Below, piece by piece: positions 1 through 13,297 of a stretch of DNA of 64,000 nucleotides. This DNA is from Mobula birostris (taxonomy: Eukaryota): assembly GCF_030028105.1 (NCBI RefSeq), contig NC_092395.1, positions 21,978,424-22,042,423 on the forward strand, in the 5' to 3' direction. The position numbers and the translations under genes were made by a program. Position 1 is the first letter of the stretch. Each line of letters begins with the position of its first letter. A model generated the notes under the pieces. The model made no database searches and was not told the origin of the DNA. It saw only the letters and a program-made list of their open reading frames with translations.

Positions 1-295
1 AATGAAGATCTTGGCTCAGTAACCATGACCATAAAAATACCAGACGCATAAAAACTTGTGCGGATCATTAATCTGATCTGGCCTTTACATGACTCCAATG
101 CAGTGGACCGCTAACTGCTTCATCAGTTCAGATGTAACTAGGGATAGACAATAAATGCTGGCATTGTGGGCAACGTCTATTTCCATGGATAAGTTATCAC
201 TGCGTAACAGCGAGTAACAGGGGCCCAGACAAGTCCAACAGCTACTGACCGAGATTTAAACTTTTAAGCATACTAAAAAATGTATGTAACAGAAG

Positions 296-490
296 AACAC
301 AAGGCATAAGAGCAGAATTAGACCATTCAGCCCATCGAGTCTACTACACCATTCAATCATGGCTGATTGATTTTCCTTTTGAAAACCATTTTCCTGCCTT
401 GCCCCTGTAACCTTTGATGCCCTTGCTAATCAAGAGCCTGTGAGCTTCCACTTTAAATACACCCAATCATTTGGCCTCCACACATGTTTC
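296..490 (-). mobile_element. CR1 3' end
   Basis: CATAAG..GGCCATTCAGCCC..CCATTCAATCATGGCTGA motif shared with the other CR1 tails here. Confidence 0.7.
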
Positions 491-588
491 ACAATCTCAG
501 TGTGTTTACAAACGGATTAACAATTACCTTTATTTGACACATTGTGACAGAAAGCACTTGGTAAACGCATTCAGTACACATGCGCCTT

Positions 589-610
589 TACACACACACA
601 CACACACACA
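589..610. repeat. (CA)n microsatellite
   Basis: ACACACAC... tract. Confidence 0.9.
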
Positions 611-1159
611 GCCCTATCGTTCTGCTGTCATTGCGCTGAGTGTGTGCACTTCAATGTCTTCCCCCAGTAAGTTCTCATAATGGGTTGGCTTTATGGTGCC
701 TTTTTGGCCATACACTTCAGAATATTCCATTTCTTTAGTAATGGGGATATGTCAATGTGTATATGTTGTTTGTATACTGTATTTAGGGTAGACACTTCTA
801 TTTATTTTCTAGTATGACTGTAACTACATTGTGGAGTGCATCATATTCTGAGTCATGTGTAATCTTAAGTTAACTTTGAGGGTAATTAAAGATGGTATGT
901 CCTGGTGCCTAAAAAAAAGTGAAGCGGATTGCTTTCACTAGCAAGGAGAGGGAAATTGAGCTGCCAGGAGTTCACATTGGACATAGCATATAGCTATACA
1001 GTAATTTTGTTTTCTGGTAGATATCTTTTCATAAATATTGGCAGTTTTTTCACTATTTTCATAAATTTTTGTAAGTTTGATTTTTGATGCACCTAATAAA
1101 CACCCTGACCTGAAAGTGCTAAGCAATTCTAGCCATCGATTTTCTTCAGTCATAACCTA

Positions 1160-1860
1160 CGTATCGTAACACACATGTACATTGAAACAGCGAAACAGTA
1201 CAGTGAAATGCATTGTTTTCATTGGTGACGAACGCAGTCCAAGGATTCCCTTAAGTGTCACACGTTTCCAGCACCAAGATAGCATGCTCACTACTCACTA
1301 ATAACAGTATGGCTTTGGAATTTGAGAGGAAACCAGAGCACCCAGAAGAAACCCAAGCAGCCACATGGAGAAAATACAAACTTCTAACAAATAGCAGCGG
1401 GGATGGTGACTGCTGTCACTGTAGATTGTTACACTAACTGCTACACCATGATGCCCAGTGAATTCTGAAGTGTAGCCCTTCTTGTAACTTAAGAAATACC
1501 ACAGAGCAGACTCTCATGAATAAAAATGAATCCCACACCGTAAGAGGGGGGGGAATGCACTAATGCTTTACGGCGGCAGCGATCAGCGGTCAATTCCTGG
1601 TGCTATCTGTAAGGAGTTAGTATGTTCTGCCCATGACCTTGTGCTCTGGGTGCTCGAGCTTCCTCCTAGTTTCCAAAGATGTACAGATTAGCAAGGATTA
1701 GTAAATTGTGACTGGGCTACGTTGGCACTGGGAATGTGGCAACATTTGCGGGCAGCCCCCAGCACATATTCGGACTGCATTCCTCATTGACCAAATGACG
1801 CAATTCACTGTATATTTTGACGGACATATGACAGATAAAGCTAATCTTTATTTTAGTTTT
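1160..1860. mobile_element. Two divergent V-SINE copies (about 1160-1455 minus; about 1545-1860 plus)
   Basis: V-domain motifs on opposite strands. Confidence 0.7.
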
Positions 1861-2106
1861 AAGTAAGCAAGTAGTCTGCTTTTTATCATGTTTGCTGGGT
1901 AGCCAGGGCATCAGGAGGAACTGCCCTGCCCTGCCCTTCTTTGAATAGTAATATGGGATGCTGCAGATCAAAGATGGGTTCATGTCTGATTCAAACGGCA
2001 GCAATTCTGAGATTTAGCAACGATATGCCAGTCTAGAATTTCTGCTAAAGCCCCTGGAAGGAACCTGAAGCCCTAATTTCCAACTTAGAGACAGACGTGC
2101 CTCCAC

Positions 2107-2395
2107 GGGCATGGCAGTGTTGTGGTTAGCACAACGCTTTGCAGTACCAGAGGTCCGGGTTCAATTCCTGCTGCTGCCTGTAAGGAGTTTGTACGTTCTC
2201 CCCATGACCGCGCAGGTTTGCTCCGGGTGCTTCGGTTTCCTCCCACAGTCCAAAGACGTACTGGTTGGTAGGTTAATTGGTCATTGTAAATTGCCCCGTG
2301 ATTAGGCTAGGGTTAAGCTGGGGGTTTGCTGGGCAGCGTGGCTCGAAGGGCCAGAAGGGCCTGTTCCATTCTGTATCTCAATAAATAAATACATA
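2107..2395 (+). mobile_element. tRNA-derived V-SINE (HE1-like)
   Basis: Box A/B-like GTGGTTAGC and GGTTCAATTCC; V-domain TCCGGGTGCTTCGGTTTCCTCCCACAGTCCAAAGA; (TAAA)n tail. Confidence 0.8.
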
Positions 2396-2839
2396 ACAGA
2401 ATCACCGAGCTTATACTTGTTGAGCACACAGTTCAGGCTCCGTAATAGGCCACCCTCCCACCACGGAGCCCTGTGCAAAGTCACCTGTGAAAGACACTGT
2501 TCTGTTCTGTGTTGTGCAGCTTCTTTCAGACAGGCTGCAGTGTGTTGTTTATCAATTGTATTCAACAGATGGGTGTCAAATGGTTGACACTGAATTAACA
2601 AATCTGACAAGATAATCTGTTACAAAAGAAAACAGTGAAGCCCTACTTGTTATAATATTGCTCCAAATCATAATCCATTTATCATTATTAATTACTCAAT
2701 GCCAGATTGCACATCCTGAAATGCCTCAGACTGGTATTTGGAATACAGGACCCAGCAGAATGCATGACCTTGGGCTTAAGATCTGAAAGTTTTCACCCTC
2801 ATTTCCAATTCTTTCCATGATTTTGTCGCTATCTGACTT

Positions 2840-3075
2840 TTATTTTATTTAGAGAAACAAGAACGGTAACAGGCCCTCCTAGTTCAATGAGCGCGCACCA
2901 CAGAATCGCGCCCATGCGACCAATTAAACTACTAACCCGTATGTCTTTGGCCTATGGGAGGAAACCCACATGGTCACATGGAGAGAAATGACTAACTTCT
3001 TACAGACCGGTGGAAATTGAACCCCGTTTGCTGGCGCTACAACAGCTTAACACTAACTGCTCTGGGTCGCCACGG
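2840..3075 (-). mobile_element. V-SINE
   Basis: TGGGAGGAAACC..CTTACAGAC..AATTGAACCC. Confidence 0.7.
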
Positions 3076-3344
3076 TATTTGACTTTGTTAATGCTCTGAC
3101 CTCCAAACCTCTAAAATGTCATTGCTCATCTAATTCCAGCCTTTCTCTTCTTTGTAATTAATTGATATATTGCCGGAAGTGGTGCATTACAGGATCATAG
3201 GCTCTGCAACTCCCTCACTAAACACTGCCACATCTTCTCTTTTAGGAAGGACTTTAAACTTTTTCTTCAAGGTTATGACAGCTTCAGCTAAGACAGACAA
3301 ACTAAAGCACCCCCTTTTAGCTAAAGTACAATGATTTGGGATAT

Positions 3345-4155
3345 TAGGGGATTGGAGGTGGAGATGGCCAGTTATTTTAAATTCCCGGGCATTATCCTTT
3401 CAGAAGATCAGTCCCAGTACCAGTAGGTAAGTGCCATGGCAAAGAAGGTACAACAGCAAACTTTCTTCAAAGTTTGTGCAGATTCGGCATGACATCTAAA
3501 ACTCTGACAAGCTTCTATAGATGCACAGTGGTGTGTATCCTGACTGATTGCATCTCAGCCTGGTATGGAAACATCAATGCCCAAGAATGGAAAAGCCTAC
3601 AAAAATTGGTGGATACAGCCCAGTCCGTCACAGGGAACACCCCAACATGGAGCACATTTACGAGGAATGCTACCACAAGAATGTAGTATCCATCAGTAAG
3701 GACGCTCACATTCCAGACCACACTCTCTTTTCGCTGCTGCCATCAGGAAGGAGGTACAGGAGCCTTAGGTCCCACACCACCGGATTCAGAAATAATTATT
3801 ATGCCTCAACCTTCAAGATCCTGAACTGACATGGATAACTTCATTCACCTTGACACTGAACTTATTCCACAACCTAAGTTCTCTACAACTGATGTTTTCA
3901 GTATAAATTAATTCATTAATAATCTAGCTATCTATTTATTTATGTATTTATTTATTCATTCATTTTTTTATTTGCACAGTGTTTCTTCTTTTTCACATTG
4001 GTTGTTTGTCGGACTTTCTGTGTAGTTTTTCATTGATTCTATTGTATTTCTTTATTCTAATGCAAGTATGTGAATGCCTGCAAGAAGATGAATGTCAGGC
4101 TAGTATATAGTGACATACAGTATGTGTACATTGATGATAAATTTATGGTGAACTT
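3345..4155 (+). mobile_element. Rex1/Babar-type 3' fragment
   Basis: FGMTSKTLTSFYRCTV..ILTDCISAWYGN; LFSLLPSGRRYRSLRSHTT; AT-rich 3' UTR. Confidence 0.8.
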
Positions 4156-4427
4156 AGAACACAGACTTATGGTTTGCCATAAGATATGCAGAGCTGTATG
4201 AGGAAGAAAATGGTTACGCACTGTTGGTAATGACCTGGATCTTTCAGCCAACAAGAGTGGTGGAAGGAGAAATGATTAATGAGTGAAAAAAAGTTGACAT
4301 TACTTGAAGAAAATAAATGGCAAGGCTGCCGCATCCTAGTGGGAGAATGGGACTGACCGACTACTCTACAGAAATCAAGAAAGGAACTAGACGGGGTAAA
4401 TTGTTCTTATCTGTGCTTGGTGATGTA

Positions 4428-4620
4428 AGAGACTACAGAGGCTGGAATCTGGAGCAACCAACAATCTGCTGAAGGAACTCAGCAGGTGGGGCAGCACCTG
4501 AGGGAGGAAATAAATTGCCGATGGTTTGGGTCGAAATCCTGATGCATAACGTCAGCAATTTCTTTCCTCCCTCAGATCCTGCCCGACCCACAGAGTTGCT
4601 CCAGCAGACTGTTATTCCAT
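4428..4620. mobile_element. Penelope-derived foldback insert (older subfamily)
   Basis: Inverted arms AATCTGCTGAAGGAACTCAGCAGG...CCCACAGAGTTGCTCCAGCAGA. Confidence 0.6.
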
Positions 4621-4644
4621 TTGTGCTTAATTATTTTATGAAGG

Positions 4645-5095
4645 AACTTCACTGTGAGATCGAGAATCTCCGGAGGGGAAGGCCCCAAATCCTCAGCTTT
4701 GCCTATTGCCTGTTGCCGGGGCCGGGGTGGAGGCACTCGGCAGAGATGGTGCTCGGTGCTTGGTGTCGGAGAGCTGGTCGGAGTTTTCAGACGGACTCGG
4801 AGTCGGATGCTTCCAGGACGCTGCATCAGCAAGTTGGCGGCGCTGGAGGTTCACCGTCTGCGTGAGATGATGGGACTTTCGAGAGACATTGAGACTTTTA
4901 CCGTCTGTTCTTATCAAATTATGGTATTGCTTTGCACTGTTGTAACTATATGTTATAATTATGTGGTTTTTGTTAGTTTTTAAGTCGGTTTGTCATGTGT
5001 TTCTGTGATATCATTCTGGAAAAACATTACATCATTTCTTAATGCATGCATTACTAAATGACAATAAAAGAGGACTGTGTGTCCTCATACTCTAA
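4645..5095 (+). mobile_element. SINE/LINE 3'-UTR-type repeat
   Basis: GC-rich head, AT-rich body, AATAAA followed by the GAGGAC..GTCCTC stem-loop and a TCTAA tail. Confidence 0.5.
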
Positions 5096-5099
5096 AAAA

Positions 5100-5305
5100 A
5101 AATGATGCCATGCCATTCTACTACATATGACAGCAGAGAGATCTTTATGTCTGAAAGACAGCACTTCCAATTGAGCAGTAGTACTTAGCAACAAAGTTTT
5201 ACCACAAGAGACCAGCCTAGATTTGTGCTCCCAAGTGTCTGGAGTGATTCTTGAACCCACAACCTACTGCTTCAGAGGTGGGATGGCCATCCAGAGAGCT
5301 GACTA
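5100..5305 (-). mobile_element. Deu-SINE (SacSINE1-like) head, degenerate
   Basis: CAGCCTAGATTTGTGCTC..CTGGAGTG..CTTGAACCCACAACCT; related copies at about 1865-2100 (-) and 60180-60335 (+). Confidence 0.55.
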
Positions 5306-5544
5306 AAAGAGCCATAACTTGTCAATCACCATAGCTTAGCACCAAGGAGCTTTACTGTGTCACCAAGTGATTTTTGCATTTCTCAATATTCTGCACTTAC
5401 AATAAGTCCCGGTCAACCTCTTGGTTCAGGAAACCTCCTGATTCTAACCACTAGTGGAGCCAGGAGCAATCCCCAGTTTCCTGTCTGGTCTTTGCCCCAC
5501 AGTCAACAGCACCAAGAAAATATGACCCTAGCCACTCAAAGCAG

Positions 5545-5665
5545 TGCTGTCGATGGGATCTTGCTGTGCACAATATGCTCCAGCCACTCCCCATCTGCCT
5601 TAGCAGTGACTGCCCTTCGGAATTAATTCACTTCACCATATGGTGTTTAGGGACCATTTCTAAGA
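5545..5665 (+). mobile_element. Deu-domain remnant
   Basis: TGGGATCTTGCTGTGCACAA..CAGTGACT..TAATTCA; reverse-complement copy at about 51040-51125. Confidence 0.55.
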
Positions 5666-6504
5666 AACCGACTAAATCAGCACACATTCTGTTGCAGCGT
5701 TATGCAAGGATGGTTTGACGTGGGTTAGATCTGCTCTGTCCCTACCCCGCCGTGATTGTCACAGAGGTGTTATTGGCCTTTCACCTTTCGCCAATTATTG
5801 CAATGGCTTGATTGGCTGCGGAATTTTATTTTTGTAATGCTGTATTTTGGTTGTAAAGGCTACAACCTCCAGGCACGAGATTGCCAGTTCCCTACCGGTA
5901 TTTGAGAAGTGGACATGATAATAAGCAGGCTTCAGATGCCCAGAGTTTAGAAACAAATGTTTGCACAGGGATTAAATGATGGTTGCCAACAAAAACAGAA
6001 CAACATCCATGAGGTTCTTAAAGCCGCAGCCCAAGACTTTAATGATAACTAAAGAGCTTTAAAAAAAAACAAATGGTTTACCACTCAAAAACAAATTTAA
6101 TGATCATAATCTCAAATCTGTTTTCAGAGGGAGCAGAATATGGTTTATAACACAGTGTTCGTTTCTTCAAACATCAGTCAATGAATCCACAGGGCTCTGC
6201 CGAGTTGATGCAATTCTGTGTTCTCTGATGCATTCTGCCACAGAGGAGACAGGGGCAATCCTAACCAATACCCAATCTATGCAAACACATTAACTTCTTC
6301 CCATCCTTCCACCTTAGGATATTAATTCATTCCACTGCATTTCCCTCTGTGTACATGGTGCACGCACTTTTCCTCAAATGCATTTCTGCAGTTTGTCAGG
6401 GTTCTGCTCTGTGCTAGTAAATACCGTATTCTTGACCTTCTCTTTATAATTACCTACTTGATTTTGTGTATCTACGGCCACTGACCCTGTTCTCTGCAAA
6501 CCTG

Positions 6505-6940
6505 GTGCAGGGCTGTGATACTGCAGGGAGTGCAACTGGACCGCAGCTTCAATGACATGGGTTTAATTCTGACTTCCAGTGCTGTCTCTGTGGTGTTTGC
6601 ATGGCTATGTGGAGTCTGTGATGGTGGGGTGGGTTTTCTCCAAGTGCACATGTTTCTCCCATATCCCAAAACTTTGTTGCTAAGTCAATTGATTATTGTA
6701 CATTACATTTTGGTGTGAGTGGCTGCTAAGTCAATTGGTTACTGTACATTACATTTGGTGTAGGTGGCTGGTGGAAGAATTCAGGGTGGGGGTAGAGGAG
6801 TGGGTGTTATAACTTGGAAGTGTTAATGGGCATGTGAGATAGAGGAGGAAAATAGGTTACAGGGAAAAAAATGTGGGGAATGGGAATGATATGACGGTCC
6901 TGATAACCACTGTAAACTTCATGGCCCAAAGGGCCTCCTT
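6505..6940 (+). mobile_element. V-SINE with an internal ~47-bp tandem duplication (6679-6770)
   Basis: V-domain; GCTAAGTCAATTG..TACATT..GGTG..GTGGCTG occurs twice. Confidence 0.65.
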
Positions 6941-7024
6941 CAATGGTAAATGAAAACATGGACATGCTTTTCCTTCCAGTGCCCACTTTTCCCAGAGAGA
7001 ACTAGGGAGGTATTTATGACAATT

Positions 7025-8060
7025 CAGTGGTTTTGTTAAGAAGGTGCATGGTGTGTTGGCCTTCATTAGTCGGGGGACTGAGTTCAACAGCTGCATGGTA
7101 ATGTTCCAGCTCTATAAAACCCTTGTTAGACCACTCTTGGAGTACTGTGTTCTGTTTTGGTTTCTGGGTTTAGAAGCTTTAGAAAGGGTGCAGAGGAGAT
7201 TTATCAGGATGCTGCATGGATTACAGAGGATGTCATGAAGACTGGTTGAACAAGCTAGGGCTTTTCTCTTTTGAAAGACGGATGAGAGGTGTCTTGATAG
7301 AAGTGCCCAAGATAAGGGACATAAATCAAATGGATAGCCAGAGACTTTTTCCCAGGGTGGAAATGGCTAACATGACCAGGCATAATTTTAAGGTCATTCA
7401 ATTAAAATATAGGGGGAATGTCATAGTTATGTTGGTATACACAGAGAGGGACGGATGGTGGGGGAGCTGTGTGGTCTTGGTCATAGCAAGGACTAGGCCT
7501 CAAGCCACAGCGTTGCCTGTTTACAGCCGCCCAGGAGAGAGACATTGGAGAAGCAGTGTGGTGTGGCGTCCAAGCTGGAGTCAGTGCTGCCCCCCCAGTG
7601 TTCGCTCATCAGAAGACAAGCTATATTGTGTCTGACTGCAGACTGCTGCAACCTTCATGGACTTGGGTTCTTGGACCATTTTTTTTTGTGTGTGACTGTA
7701 TTTTACTGATATCTTTTATGTGCTTTATGTGCCTTGTGCTGTGTGTGACCTTTGGTATGGTGTTTTGCACCTTGGTCCCAGAGTGATACTGTTCTGTTTG
7801 GCTGTATTCATGGGTATTCATGTATGGTTGAATGACAATTAAACTTCAACTTGAAATAGTAGGTGTGTGAAATGCCCTGCCAGGGTTATGGTAAAGGCCA
7901 ATGCATTAGGAACTTCTAAAAAACTCTTAGGTAAGCACATAGATGATAGAAGAGTGGAAGAATATGTAGGAGGAAAGGGTTAGATTAATCTTAGAGACGG
8001 TTAAAAGGTCAGCACAATATTGTGGAATGAAAAACCTGCACTGTGCTGTAATGTTCTATG
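7025..8060 (+). mobile_element. CR1 LINE 3' part, interrupted by a second element at about 7450-7855
   Basis: LYKTLVRPLLEYCVLFW..ALERVQRRFIRML; CR1 resumes at about 7856; tail TGTTCTATG. Confidence 0.8.
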
Positions 8061-8392
8061 CAATACTCTGTTTAAGTTCCAGAATATTAACAGAATTTAA
8101 ATCCTATAACTGTGATAGTGGGATGTAAATTCAGGTCTCTGGTTTGCCCATCTCAGCCTCTGAATTACCAGCCAACATTGCACAATAATTAGTTATCATG
8201 TTTCCCCATAGTAAAAGGTGATTAGCCTTCCAAAGAACTTTAATTCCAATGCTTGGGATGTGCTGACAGACAAAATGGAAATGCAAACTCTTTCCTTCAA
8301 ATTGTAGGAAGGATGTGAATGGGGAACTGTGGGAATTACAGTTTACGACAGGGGAGATTGTATGCTGCTGTAAGGTTGACATAGATACATAC

Positions 8393-8539
8393 CGCGTGAG
8401 CGTAAGAGCTGTAGGTGTTGTTAAAGTGGAGGGGTATCGGGTTGAACATCCCGAACTGGCCCACCATGTGCTGCATGCGTCGCAATGTGCGTTCCTTGTC
8501 TGTGTCCGCAAACTTCACCACGAGGCTGGAGGACGCACC
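8393..8539 (-). CDS. CELF5: CELF5-like coding exon, end of RRM2 and start of divergent domain
   Basis: 147 nt; acceptor TGTATTTTCAG|GGT, donor GCG|GTATGT. Translates [49 protein letters not shown]. [14 protein letters not shown] and the 49-aa length fit CELF5 better than CELF3/4/6 as recalled; the family call is firm, the paralog call less so. Confidence 0.9.
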
Positions 8540-8599
8540 CTGAAAATACACAGAGAACTGCTGACAACCATGGGGAGTAGAGCTTCACGTCCCATCGCA

Positions 8600-9065
8600 A
8601 AATTCAAAGTTCAACGCTCAAAGTAAATGTATTATCGAAGTATGTATATGTAACTATATACTACCATGGGATTCGTTTTCTTACAGGCATTCACAGTAGA
8701 TACAAAGAAACACAATTGAATCAATGAAAAGCTACACACAAAGACAAACAAGTAATGTGCAAAGGAGACAAACTGCAAATACAAAAAGGAAAACCAATAA
8801 TTAATAAATAAGTAAGTGAATGAATATTGAAAAAACGAGTTGTAGAGTCCTTGAAAGTAGTCTATAGGTTGTGAGATCAGTTTAGTGTTAAGGCACATAA
8901 AGTTATCCACTCTGGTTCAGGATCCCTATGGTTGAAGGGTAATAACTCTTCCTGAACCTGACCTAAGACTCCCACCAGCAAGAAGAGAGCAGGGCTTTGA
9001 TGGTGGAGGTCCTCGAGGACAGCTGGTGCTTTCTTATGGCAGCACTCCTTGTAGATGTGCCGAAC
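8600..9065 (-). mobile_element. Rex1/Babar-type 3' fragment
   Basis: Reverse complement of the family at 3345-4155; (TTGAAC)-like tail near 8600. Confidence 0.7.
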
Positions 9066-9544
9066 GGCGAGCTCACGCTTTGAATAAAAGAGCCAAAGCT
9101 CTCAACAGATTGCTAGACAGGTTAACTTGCCAATACCCTTTGCTTATGAACCTTTGACAACAGGTTGCAAACCTGTCAAAGGCATCACTGTCCAGGGCAA
9201 CAGCGTCATCACCCCACGCCATCCAGCCTCAAAGTCCTTGACGTTAGCATGCTGGCCTCGTCACACAATACAGCCAAAGGTGACTGGAGAGTTGTTTAAA
9301 CCCAATAACTGAGCTGGTGAATCTCAAGCCACTGTCGGCATTTTTGTGATAATGGGTGGCATACTGTGTAACCTGGAGAGGCACAGCACACTGCTGATGT
9401 TACCAGTGAGGAGTGTGGTTGTTATGCACCTCAAGGCAGCTACACCCACCCAGGGTCAGGATTCCCACATGGAATTAATAGTGAGAACTGCTGACTCCAA
9501 GAAATGGATGTTTATGGGCTAAGAGGAACTGGTTTCATCCTCCA

Positions 9545-10350
9545 TAGACTATAAGACCATAATTCATAGGAGCAGGATTAGGCCATTTGGACCATTGAGT
9601 CTGCTCTGCCATTCAATCATGGCTGATCCTTTTTTCTCCCTCCTCAGCCCTACTCCCCAGCCTTTTCCCAATAACCTTGATGCTGTGTCAAATCAAGAAC
9701 CTATCAAGCTCTGCCTTAAATACACCAGAAGACTTGGCCTCTACAGCTGCCTCTGGTAATAAATTCCACGAATTCACCACCCTCTGGCTAAAGAAATTTC
9801 TCTACATCTCTTTTTTAAATGGATGTCCCTCTATCCTGAGGCTGTGCCCTCTTGTCCTACACTTCCCCACCATGGGAAACATTCTTTCCACATCTACTCT
9901 GTCTAGGCCTTCCAACATTTGAAAGATTTCAGTGGGATCCCCCTCATCATTCTAAATTCCAGCGAGCACAGACCCAGAGCTATCAAACCTCCCTCATTTG
10001 ATAACACTTTAATTCCCGGAATCATCCTTGTGAACATCCTTTGAACCCTCTCCAATGCCAACACATCCTTTCTTAGATGAGGAGCCTAAAACTGTTCACA
10101 ACACTCAAGGTGAGGCCTCACCAGTGCCTTATAAAACCTTAGTATCACATCCCTGCTCTTGTATCCTAGACCTCTTGAAATGAACGCTAACATTGCATTT
10201 GCCTTCCTCACCTTCAATTCAACCAGCAAATTAACACCCAGGGTGTTCTGCACAAGGACTCGCAAGTCCCTTTGCATCTTAGATTTTTGGATTTTCTCCC
10301 CATTTAGAAAATAGCCTGCACATGTTTTTCTTCTACCAAAGTGCATGACC
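9545..10350 (-). mobile_element. CR1 LINE 3' part
   Basis: VMHFGR..QRDLRVLV..KANAMLAFISRG..YKALVRPHLE. Confidence 0.85.
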
Positions 10351-10793
10351 ACCCAAACCCCTTGCTGTTGGTCCCCTATCCATCAGCCTATCATTGTGAA
10401 CAAATGGTAGGCAGAAAATCAAATAAATAAATTCTAACACTATTATTGTTAAATCCATTCTCTCTGGTTCCTCCACATGCTATCAAACACCCTGACGATT
10501 TCTGGGTCACACAAAATTCATCAAGGGTTCTATACACTGGAGCAAAACCTTGATCCATTCATACCCAATGATACTGAGATCAAGTGAAGGTGTCTAGTTC
10601 AACATACAAGAGGCTAGAGGCCCTCTTCAGCATGTTTCATTGCAAGTCAGTTAGCTCAGATGACTGATCAAGGAAGAGGCATCACAGAATCAGTCATTGT
10701 TATCATGGGTTTGAGGAATCATATAAAATTAATAACATAGAGGTCAACATTCTGCTCATCAAGTCAATGTTAGTCAATAATGAGCTCCTAGCC

Positions 10794-12302
10794 ATCAGAA
10801 TCAGAATCAGGTTTATTATCACCGGCATGTGACGTGAAACTTGTTACCTTAGCAGCAGCGGTGCAATGCAATACATAATCTAGCAGAGAGAAATAATGAT
10901 AATAATGATAAATAAACACATAAATCAATTACATATATTGAATAGATTTTTAAAAATGTGCAAAAACAGAAAGACTGTATATTAAAAAAAAGTGAGGTAG
11001 TGTCCAAAGCTTCAATGTCCATTCAGGAATCGGATGGCAGAGGGGGAAAAGCTGTTCCTGAATCGCTGACTGTGTGCCTTCAGGTTTCTGTATCTCCTAC
11101 CTGATGGTAACAGTGAGAAAAGGGCATCCCCTGGGTGCTGGGGATCCTTAATAATGGATGCAAACACGAGGAAATCTGCAGATGCTGGAATTTCAAGCAA
11201 CACACATAAAAATTGCTGGTGAATGCAGCAGGCCAGGCAGCATCAGACACAGCTCCCTAAAGATGTCCTGGGTACTTTGTAGGCTAGTACCCAAGATGGA
11301 GCTGACTAGATTTACACCTTCTGCAGCTTCTTTCCGGCCTGTGCAGTAGCCCCTCCATACCAGACAGTGATGCAGTCTGTCAGAGTGCTTTCCACGGTAC
11401 AACCATAGAAGTTTTTGAGTGTATTTGTTGACATGTCAAATCTCTTCAAACTCCTGATAAAGTATAGCTGCTGTCTTGCTTTCTTTATGACTACATCAAT
11501 ATGTTAGGACCGGGTTAGATCCCCAGAGATCTTGATGCTCAGGAACTTGAAGCCGCTCACTCTCTCCAGTTCTGATCCCTCTCTGAGGATTGGTATGTGC
11601 TCCTTCGTGTTACCCTTCCTGAAGTTTACAATCAGCTCTTTCGTCTTACTAACGTTGAGTGCCAGGTTGTTGCTGCAGCACCACTCTACTGGCTGGCATA
11701 TCTCACTCCTGTACACCCTCTCGTCACCACCTGAGATTCGACCAACAATGACTGTATCGTCAGTAAATTTGTAGATGGTATTTGAGCTATGCCTAGCCAC
11801 ACAGTTATGTGTATACAGAGAGTAGAGCAGTGGGCTAAGCACACACCCCTGAGGTGCGCCAGTGGTGATCGTCAGCGAGGAGGATATGTTATCACCAATC
11901 TGCACAGACTGTGGTCTTCCGGTTAGGAAGTCGAGGATCCAATTGCAGAGGGAGGTACAGAGGCCCAGGTTCTGCAACTTCTCAATCAGGATTGTGGGAA
12001 TGATGGTATTAAATGCTGAGCTATAGTCGATGAACAGCATCCTGACGTAGGTGCTTGTGTTGTGTAGGAGGTCTAAAGCCATGTGGAGAGCCATTAAGAT
12101 TACGTCTGCCATTGACCTATTGTGGCAATAGGCAAGTTGCAATGGGCCCAGGTCCTTGATGAGGCAGAAGTTCAGTCTAGTCATAACCAACCTCTCAAAG
12201 CATTTCATCACTGTCGATGTGAGTGCTACCAGCTGATAGTCATTAAGGCAGCCCACATTATTCTTCTTTGGCACTGGTAGAATTGTTGGCTTTTTGAAGC
12301 AT
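10794..12302 (-). mobile_element. Rex1/Babar-type non-LTR retrotransposon, 5'-truncated, RT region
   Basis: ORF 11504-12415 from CFKK onward: [58 protein letters not shown]; (GATTCT)n tail at about 10794-10810. Confidence 0.85.
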
Positions 12303-12639
12303 GACCCTCGTCCTAGCACTACATCAATGGCCCTGAAGGTCATCGCTCTTCCAATATACAAAAGAGGCCCCTTTTTGATGCTGAAGATTTCTGCCTTTAC
12401 CATCCTTTCAGACAATAAGTTCCAGACCTCATCCAGCCACTCTTCACACTCCCTTTAAGCCTTTTACAAATCACTAAATCTATGCTCTTGGGTTTGATTT
12501 TTTCCCTCTGTCAAAGCCCTCACAAATCTCAATGAAAACCACCCACTGAGTGAAGGAAAATAATCCCAGGCCTTTTTTTCCCCTCATAGTTATTTTTTTT
12601 AGCCTGGAAACAGTACTTCTAGAATAGGAATAGGAAGAA

Positions 12640-13020
12640 GCCATGCAAACCAGTCAGATGTTCTTTTATGCAATGAGACCAAGGCCAATCTGGGTCCTAA
12701 CTCCATGCACAGTTTTGCCACCTGGTGGTAAGCTCCTGACAGGGTCATCCGTGGCGATAAGGTCAAGGAGGAGGTTTAAGGCAAAGAGTGATCCAACTAA
12801 GACCTCAAAGGTGGAGCCGCGGAAAATGATGACGCTTCAGAGTTGCAGTGAGGGCAGAGGAAGGCTGCAGCAATGAAGGGGCCTCAATTGTCTTGTATTC
12901 CACGCCACTGGACCCTGACTCTGATCTGTCAAGGACTGTGTGGTGGCTGCCAGTGCATCATCTTACCCACGTTAAACAAAAACAGCAAAAGCATTCTCTA
13001 TTAAGGGAATCCACCCTAAA
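12640..13020 (+). mobile_element. RTE-type non-autonomous element
   Basis: AGGGTCATCCGTGGCG..GGTCAAGG 5'-UTR-like motif; shares a CCACTGGACC..GTCAAG..CCAGTGCAT block with 13298-13836. Confidence 0.5.
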
Positions 13021-13297
13021 TATGTACATTCCAGATTGGTCTCTACGTCCACCTGAGCATCCATGAATAGACAACCCCTCTGAACAACATCATACTCAGC
13101 TCAACTGATCACATTGCTATTATTACCTCCTTGAACATCAAAGCCACTCATGGCAACACTGGTGAAGAAAATCTCAGCAATCAAGTTCTCTTACCATCTT
13201 CTGAATGACCAGCAAATTTCCTCTTCAGATATTTATCCAATTCCCCATTGAAGAACGTAAAGGTAAGACTAATTATTCACCCAATAATCTACTGAAT

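Noticed and set aside
2107-2180. tRNA-like A/B boxes
   Set aside because: These are SINE heads; there is no cloverleaf or acceptor stem.
12303-12415. N-terminal part of the 303-aa ORF
   Set aside because: RT similarity starts only at CFKK (about 12300). The upstream codons are read-through into flanking DNA, so this is not an intact gene.
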